Source: a virus
Lineage: Duplodnaviria > Caudoviricetes
Direction: 5' to 3' (one strand)
IMG/VR virus record: IMGVR_UViG_3300009566_000017
Location: 1-53,222 of that record
DNA: 53,222 nt
Numbering within the stretch: position 1 is the stretch's first letter; each line of letters opens with the position of its first letter. The position numbers and the translations under genes were made by a program. Below, piece after piece: positions 1-9,200 of the stretch. The notes beneath the pieces are model-generated. The model was given only the letters and a program-made list of their open reading frames with translations. It was not told the DNA's origin and searched no databases.

Positions 1-222
1 AACCCCCAATCATAGGCCCTTCCAGGACTGACCTCTCCAGCTACGGCCCCACAATCTTGCCATCTGCATGCATTATGATGGCCGGAATCGACCCGTAGAG
101 TGCTCAGGACACCCCGGAAATCGAGCGTGAGTGGGCCTACAAGACGCGATCTCCAGCAGGGTGGTATCTGACTACCCCCCACCAGAGATCGGCTGAAAAA
201 CCCCCACTCAATGTCGGATTTT

Positions 223-3200
223 CTACCAAACTGCCCCCATTATGGGGCTCTCGAACCGGCGCTTCTTCCCCCGGTTCTTGCGCTCCGCCTTGTTCACCAG
301 ACGCTGCATCTGATGGAACGGCATCCCGAGGAACTTCTCTCCCGCAAGGGCGGGCTTCTCGGTGAACGAGTACACGTCACGCGCAATGCGTCCGAACGGG
401 AACCAGGTCCATACGTGCTGGCTGGCGAACTTGTCCCAGTCACCCGTCATCAGCGTCCCGAACGTGGCGTACGGGATACGCATTACGGGCGGACTCACCA
501 CCTGAATAACCGACAACGGATACGGCAAGGGCGAGTAGAACGAGCGCTCCTTGTCCTCGTCGTCACCGAAGAAGAACGTCGCCATTTCCTTCAGCTGCGA
601 GAGCGGCCCGCCCAGTACGGACGAGAACATCGAAGCGGGAAACAGCATGGCCAGTCCCCACATGAACAGATCGGCCGTCATCCTGCGCTGGAGCTTCTGG
701 AACGCTTCTGTCCCTTCGTCATAGCCCAGGGCCGCGGCTTCCTTCATGATGTCCACACGCATCTTGGTGCTCTTGAAGGCATACATCTGGAAACGGGAGA
801 ACACGCGTCCCAGCATCGTGCGGGCGAAGGCAGGACGCGCTGCGTTGTTGTACAGGAACTGGGTGCCCGCGACCCCACGGTTCGCCATAGCGATCAACCA
901 GGGATCGTCGTACTTGAACGTTTGCATCGAAGCGCCCAGAACCTCCCTGGCCTTCAGGTAATGCGCCAGCCATGCACGGTTCCGCAGGTAACGCTCGGAA
1001 TAGCGCATGGGCCAGCTCCCAACATCCATCACGCCCTTCATGGCGGCATTCTGTTCCATCTTCTGCTCGAAGCTGTAGCCATCGGCGGACGGCTTGCCCC
1101 GGAAGCGTCCCATGACATCCTTGCCCAGTTCGGCCAGTGAACCCTGGCGTCCGGAAGTCCCAGCCTCGAACACGTCGACGATGTAGGTTTCACCAGCGCC
1201 ATGCTCTTCGGCGAATCGCTCGATGTCTCGCATTGTGTTGAACTCGGGACCCGTAAACACGTTCTGTTTCAGGTACTTAAAGTCCTTGGCTTTCACCCAG
1301 GACTCCATGCCGGTCGACACGGCAGTGTTCACGTTGCCGTCGAACAGGTTGTACGCCATGGTCTTGGTATGCGAGAGCAGCGAGATCATCTCCCACTTGG
1401 CTTCGAGGTTTGCCAGAACACGGGCCTTCCCGTAAAGCGCCTCCTCGGCCCCGTAGGAACCGTTCGCGATCGCCTTCTTGGTGAGTGCTCCCGCCTGCTT
1501 CGCATAGCTGTTACGCTCTTTCTCGGCCTGCTCGGCAGCAGCGACGTCCCCCTTAACGACCGCACGCAACCTGCGCGTCTCGGCATCGGAGGCCTTGGCC
1601 TTCAGCTCGGACTGCTGCTTCGCAGCGGTGTCGTACAACTGATACTTCCTCGAGATCTTCTTGAGCTGATCCAGCATAAACTGGTCTGTGAGTGGATAGT
1701 ACAGCATGTTGTTGCGGATCATGTACGACGGATCCTCCAGCCACTCCTTCCGGAACGTGGACGGGTACCCCATGTTGTCCCGGTTGTAGATCTTCATCAT
1801 CATGGCCCAGGGACCGGTGTTCTTCCCCATGACGTTCCGCCCGACGAAGTCTCCTATCATCGAGTGGCTCATCAGACTGCCCAGCATCTTGTGGTAACCC
1901 CGGATCATCTGCGTCTCATAGCGCCAGAACGCTTCTGTCGACTTGTCCCAGCCAGGTAGCGGCTCGGCTCCACGATGATGCGCCGGAGTCGGGATCACCT
2001 TGAACAGATTCGCCACACGGATCCCCTGCTCCTCGACTGTATCGGCTTCGAGCAGATCCATCGTATCGGCCCAGCCACCCGTCTCGTCGTTGGCCTGCGT
2101 GGCCTGCGATTTCAACTCGGCTTCTGCATCCATGGCCCCGGCCTTGTCACCGGCCTTCAGCTGGTCGAGCACCTTCTCCCGCATGATCTTCTCCACCAGC
2201 TTCCGGGGGTGTCCGTTGTGGGGGAAGTACATCTCCTTGAACGCAAACGGGATCACGGGATCATAGGTCATCCAGCCGGAAGCGTTGATCTTGCTCCCTT
2301 CCAGCTTGGCACGCTCCCGCTGCCGGTGCTCACTGTCGGCAATGTCCCGGTACAGAATGCGGTCATAATGAATGCCGTTGGGATCCGTGTAGTCCTTCAC
2401 GTAGAGCTTCTCGATAAGCATCTGATGATACACGCGGTACAGGCCATTCATACCGATAAACGGCAGCCTTCCGCCCTGCCGGATCGTCTTGGCAAATCCA
2501 GCCAGCGTGGCACGGACATCCACTTCCCCAGTGTCGCGGGTCTTGATGTGCTCCCTCTCCAGCTCGGGATTGTTCAGGAACAACGCCACACGTTCGGCCC
2601 AGCGGGTCTGAAGCTCCATGATGCGGGCATGGATCTGGACGGCGCTCTCGGTGACACGGCTGCCCCGGTGATCGGTGTAGGTCAGCATCTTCTGGCCGCC
2701 GTCGTACAGCCGTTTGAAGCGGGCCTCCGCCTCATCGGCAGCTTTCTCGTAGTCGTAGGGTTCACCGATCTTTGCTGCCTGTTTGCCCTTGGCGGCCATA
2801 TCGGAGAGCTGCGCCGATACGACCACCCCCATCTTCCGCTGCCTGATGTCGGAGACGATCGAGAAGATGGTCTCCCCATCCTCGCCCAGTGAACGGACGA
2901 ACTGGAGTCCGCCCTCGTAGTCCTTCCAGCCAGTCTCCAGCTTCTTGCGCTCCTCATTCATAGTGCCGTTGGTAGAGAAGTGCATGGCCTGCCAGACTTC
3001 GGCGATCGAGTCGAACGTCGAGAGTACGGTTTTGACATCCTTGAAAACTACGTTACCATCGGGCAACGCAACGGGAGCACGATAGGTGGCAATCTGCTCA
3101 TTGTCCACCGGGCGCATGGCCGAACCCAGGCTCTCGGGATCGAACAGGAAATGACGGCGCTTCAGGGCCAGATCACGCTCTTCCTTGGTCAGCTCATGCC

Positions 3201-6200
3201 AGAACTTCCCGTGGTACATGAAATGCCGCATGAACGTCTTCAGGTCGCGCTTCGTCGCCTGACGAATGTTGTGTGCGACGTCTCCGTCACGGTACCTTCC
3301 GGCGAGCACGCCTTCCCAGAGGGCGGGCAGATTCCGCAGGATGTGCGGATAGTGGTAGAGGAACTCCTCGAACTTCTTGAGAAGATCCAGCGTCCCCTTG
3401 TCCAGAGGGTTCTCCGGCGTAGCACCGGAGCGCTCATAGGCTTCTTTCAGGAACGTCTCGTGGTACTCCCTGAGCTTGTACTGGACGTTGACATCGCCTG
3501 CCGCATCGGGAACAACTTCCTTCATCAGCGATGATATACCATCCAGATGCACGGTGCCCGAGACGGCACGGGCCAGCTTCTCGCCGTTGACCGTCTTGCC
3601 GTCGATGCTGCCCAGCAGCTCGTTGACCGTCGAGAGCATCGACTTGATGTACGACGGGTGGATGAAGTCCCAGGTGTAGGCCAGTCGGCTTATCCCGCGA
3701 TGATAGAACTCCTTCGTGACGCGGTCCAGCTCTGCCTGCGCCAGTCCGCGTTCGTTGACCAGGGCGAAATCCTTGACGCCGTTGACCTTCTCCGATTCGG
3801 CGATGCGGCGGCTGAGGTCATCGACCTTGTCCTTCAATGGGGTGATCTTCGTCAGATACGGAGCATCCTGATGATACAGACTGCCCAACAGCCGGTAGGC
3901 GAAGTACTCCTTACCGGGCTCTGAGAGCTTCTGGTACATCTCGTAGGCCCTGTCATGGAGATCCTGCGCACGGCGGTCCCCTTTGATCTTGAAGCCCAGG
4001 TCTTCCAGCGCCTTGTCGTTCGAGAACATCGTGGCATCCTGCGTCTTCAGCTCCTCGGCCAGCGTGCTGATCTCCAGAAGCTTGGCCTGCGCCTCGGTTT
4101 CTGTGCCGCGTCCCCGTGCCACAAAGTCTTCGGCGAATGCCTTCCCGGACTGCATGAGCTTGATGGCACTGACTGCTGAGTAGATGTCGTTGAACACGAG
4201 CTGGTTGATCTCGGTTGCCATCTGCTCGGACGACAGTCCGCGCTGCTTCATGCCTGCGATAGCGGCATCCAGGCCGCTCTGCGGCGCCTGGAAGTGATGC
4301 AGTATCGCGTACGGAGCGAGACGTGGATCCTTGTTGACCAGGCCTACGAACTGCTCCAGGAGCTTCTGCACACCGTCCGTGTTATAGCCAGCCATCGAGG
4401 TCTTCCGGAGCTGGAGTCGGCCCATGTGCAGTCCGCCCAGATACCAGGTGTGCCCGGAATGCTTCAGAACGTCCCGCAGCTCGATCTTGTTCAACCCGCT
4501 GATCACATCCTCAAACGAGAGGCGTGCGCCATTCTGGTTGCGGCCGCGCATCAGGCGGTCAAGCTGCGCCATCTGTGCATATACCGGATGGCGGCGTATG
4601 GGAACAAGCCCCTTGTACGCAACCTCATCGGCGTAGCCGCCGCGTGTGGCCGGAGTCGGCTTCTTCCCTGGTTCACGGAGCCACTCCTTCTTCCCGCCTA
4701 CCGTGTAGTGCACCTTCAGGTCCGGGATGGCGGTGCGCGTGATGACGTCGAAGATCTCTTCCCTTGGCTTCAAGATGTATCCCTTGGACGCATCGGCAGC
4801 CGTGTTGACAACGTCACGCAGGATACGTTCGACCTCGTGCTCGGGAGCGACCTTGCCGCTGAACACGAACTGGGACGTCTTTGTCTTCTCGTCCAGCTGC
4901 CAGAAGCGCGTCTTGCGTGCCTTGTCCATGTCCTTGCCGCGCTTCAGGTACTCCTCAGCCAGCGTACGGTATTCCTCGGCGTCCTGCGCCTTCAGGTTGC
5001 TCAGGCCGGGAAGCGACCCGTCGAGCTTGCCGCGGATCACATCTGCGATGTCCATGGACCACTGGATGATGCCGTCGTTCTTGTCAATCGCCGTACGCAC
5101 CATGTCCAGAAGCCGCCTGGAGTGCAGAAGCGACGGTCCCAGCATACGCAGGCCCCTGGTAGACGACTCATGGAACAACACCTCGTTCTTCGGACTGAAC
5201 GCACCGCCGACAGACGAACGCATGCGCTTCGCCAGGGCGATCTCCTCGGGCGAGCCCTTCTCCTCGACCTGGAACCGTGTGGCGTCGGACTCATCGTACA
5301 CATCCATCTCTTCGCCAGAAGCGGTTCTGGCCTTGTGATGCCACTGCATCGACTTGCCCTTGAAGTAGGCCTTCATGTTCGTGTGCAGCTCACGGTCGGG
5401 CAAACTCGTGTACACATCAACGGCATCCCCGTCCTGATCCATACCGCCCATGTACGACATGTCCTTCGGTGTGACAAACACGCCGTACCCTTTGGAGCCC
5501 TTCACGAATCCCTTGAAACGCAGAATACGGATACCGCTGGCAGAATCTGCCGGAACACGGATCATAAAATGCTCCATGGCTTCATCCAGCTCTTTGTAGC
5601 GCGGCGTGTCCTGCTTACCCTGCACCTGGAGTTCGTAGTATTCGTCCCATGCAGCCCCCAGCGTCGTACGTTCGGGGCCAATGCGGATCGGCTTCTCCCG
5701 GAGACCCTCGGCGGCCATGTACTCGCCGTCCTTCAGGCCATAGCGCTTCTGGAGATGCAGATCCAGGCCGTAGGACTTCGACCGCCATGATCCGTCCAGA
5801 TGCGGCTTCACAACTCGGTCTCGGAAATACTTCCGCATCCTGGTATCCAGGAAGCCCTTCAGGTACTTCCACTCCAGCGTCAACGGGGACAACTCACCTG
5901 CCTTCAGGATCGTCATCGCAGCGCTGCGGGCAGTCGCTTCTTTCATTGCTTCTGCCTTGTCGATCGGATCAACAATGTCGGTGATCTCGGTGAAGTCGTC
6001 TTCCTGCACCTTGAGCACTTCACGGACCACCTTATCGAACAGCGGGCCTTCCTGCATGTAGCGGCCCTGAATGACATCGTACACGTCCTGGGCGCTCATG
6101 CGGCGGACGTCGATACCAGCGGCGATTGCTTTGCGCTCTTCCGGCGTCTTGGCTCCCATGTACCGGACGACCTGCGAGTTCGTCTCGTACTCACCGCGCC

Positions 6201-9200
6201 ACGCGCGTTCGGCCATCTTCTGCACCCAGAGACGCGCCAGACCCTGATCGAGCTGCCCGGAAAACTGGATCTTCGCCTGCACATCGGACAGATCCGCGTG
6301 CTCACCGGCGGAGAAGTTCATCCGCAGGCCTTCTGCCGGAATCAACGTCTCCCACGGACGCTCACCTGTCGCTACCGGCTTCTCAACCGGCGGGGGCAGA
6401 TCAAACGAGAGGTCCTCATCAGCGGGTATGAGTTCGGGCGGAGGCGCTTCGTCCGGCATCTCGGAAACGCGCCGTTCGGACACCTGCGGCTTTGCCGGTG
6501 CGGACTTCTGTGCTTCTGCGCCCTCCAGAGCCATCGTCTCCAGCATGTTCCAGTCGGCTGACGCCACGGGCATGTCGCTCGACATGGTCAGGGACTTGGA
6601 TGCACGGGTCACCGCCGTGTACAGCCAACGCGGATCGTTGGCCATCTTGGACTGCTTGCCGGAGATGAACACACGTTCCCACTGCGATCCCTGACTCTTG
6701 TGCCCGGTGATCGAATAGGCGTAGGTGGCGATGCTCAGCGACTTGCTGATGTATGGGCTACCGTCCTGACGTCTCTTCCCGATGAAAGCCCCGAGCCCGA
6801 CATCGTTGAACGATGCGGGATCGAATGCCTGTATGGATGCAGTCGGTTTGGCGTAGTCGGGCAGGATCAACGTACCCGTAAGCTTACCATCGGATGTGGA
6901 TGGACCCGGCATGAACTGTGCCTTGAGAGGTTTGCCCTGCGGATCCCGCAGCGTCACCATGCGAGCACCATCAACCTGCGCCTTGTCGATGACCTTGAAC
7001 GTCTCGCCGTTCTTCAGTCGTGTCGAATTGAAGATCGAGATCAGCGGCTCACCAGCGATATAGGGGGCATCCAGGTTCACACCATGCACGTGGGAGCGGG
7101 CGTCACGATTGGCAGCGACACGTTCTTCGTTGGTCGTCGCGATCAGCACTGCATCCTCGCCTGCCTTCATCGCGTCCAGGAACTCCTGACGCACTTCACG
7201 CTCGCTCTTAACCGCAACATCACCGTCGCTCTTGTCGGGCATGATAGCCCGCTTGCCGCTGGTCCGCATGGCTGTGGCCAGCTTCAGGATGTTGGACTGA
7301 AGACTCTGGCGGCGTACTTCTGTCAGCTCGTAACTGGGCGACTTCAGGACAGAGAAATCGCTCTTTCCCCCACCCTCGACGGGACGGAGCTGGAAGGTAT
7401 CACCGATCCAGATCACGTTCACGCCATCGGTATTCACCAGATCCATCATGTCCTGGTGGACGGCGCTGTTCACCATCGACGCTTCATCGACGATAACCCA
7501 GTCTCCAGGTTTGGCCTTGACCTTGTCATCAGCGAAGAACGACAGGGCCCCTGTCACCGGATCCACCGACGGCTCCCCGTAGAGCAGATTGTAGATCGTG
7601 CGTGTCCGCACGCCACCCATGCGTTCTTTGATGTCCGCCGGGAGTTTTCCGTCCAGCACGCGCACTGCCTTGTTGGTCGGAGCAACGACATGGACCTCGC
7701 CGCTTCCCATCACCGCATGGGCCGTGCGGACAAGGTTCTCGATGATCGTGGTCTTACCGGTACCGGCATAACCAGCCAGAACGAACGTCTTGCCCTTGGC
7801 TCCGGGCTTGATCATATCCCCCAGCTTCAGTAGCGCTTCCCGCTGTCCGCTGGTGTACTCGATTGGTGTCTGTCGGTTGTCCAGAATCCCTACGGGCTTG
7901 GATACGTCAATCGTATGAGGCACGGGCGATTGCTCAACAGCGGGACGCTCCTCCGCCGGTTTCGCGGGGACAGGAGCAGCGGGCGCTGCTGCGCTCTCGC
8001 CCAGAAGCCTGCCGTCCTCGTGACGGTACTCGATGTCGCTGGTCTTGCTGTTCCAACGCTCGGTGAACTGCTCGCGAATCCCCTGCTGCTTGGCTGCCGT
8101 ATCGTAGATCTTGTATGCCCACCCCTTGCCCATCAGGTGCGCGTCCAGCTCCGGTGTGGCACGGTGCACCAACAGCTTGCCCAGGAACATGCCCTTACCG
8201 GGCTCGGCAAACGTGATCGTGAGCTTCTGGGCCCCTGTCCCCTTCTGGCCCATGGCACGTTCCAGGCGGTCGAAGTAATCGCCGCGCATGAACATCACAC
8301 CATCGAGATGCGTATCAACGACGTAGCGCTCCGCCGTACCGTCCTTGCCCATGCGGTATGCGGTGAAGCCCAGTCCGTCCAGATCTTTGGAATCCACCTG
8401 CACGATGATCCCCGGAAGCTTGCCGTTCTGGAAGTGCGGCAATCCGGCAAACGTCTCGCCCGCCATGTAGTAGTCCGGCGAGTGGATCACCTGGAGCCGC
8501 TTGTTCCAGTCCACCGGCTTCAGGATGAACTTCTTCCCGTGTGCCAGCATGGCTTCGACGGGAACTCCAGCGTTCAGCGTCTCCAGCACGACGATGTCGT
8601 TGGCGTACAGATGATCGAACATCGCGTCGAGCTTGTGCTCGGGGATGATATAGCGGCCCGACTCGTCGAGGAAGTCCGACTTGAAATCGCGCTTTGCGTA
8701 TTCGTAGGACTCGATGATGTTCTCGACCGTCTCGCCTTCTTTGGCCGTTGCGTTCAGGGCGCGCTGCATGGCAGCGAGCTTGTCTTCCAGGGAGAACACG
8801 ACGCGTTTCCCGTTCGCCGGATCACGGTAGGAGTACATCTCACGGCCATCCCGGAATACACGCCAGGTCAGGGCGCGTCCGAACAGACGCACACCGGTGT
8901 CCTTCTTGCCGCCCATGAACATGAGCGGCTGGTCATAGCCGTCTTTCGTCTTCCGGAAGTACATATCAGCGATGACACGGCTGAACTTCAGACCAGGCAC
9001 TTCGGTCAGATCAACGAGGCGCTCTTTCCCGGTCTTGGGATCCTTGATGTAGGCCTCGGACACCTCGATGATGCGGCTTCTGCGATACTTGCCATCGCGG
9101 TTGAACAGCATCAGGTCCATGTAGCTGGCCGCCTTCTTGCCCTGCGTCGGCTTACCGTCCAGAATCTCGGGCATGGATACGACCTGCGGCTCGCCGCTGG

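Noticed and set aside
1-222. Terminal repeat, att site or terminator at the left end
   Set aside because: No match to the right end seen by eye; only an imperfect stem (~147-191) without a U tract
6580-7860. Helicase insert as an intein or intron
   Set aside because: No C/S...HN-C/S/T splice junctions or LAGLIDADG motifs; the frame is continuous and flanked by linkers
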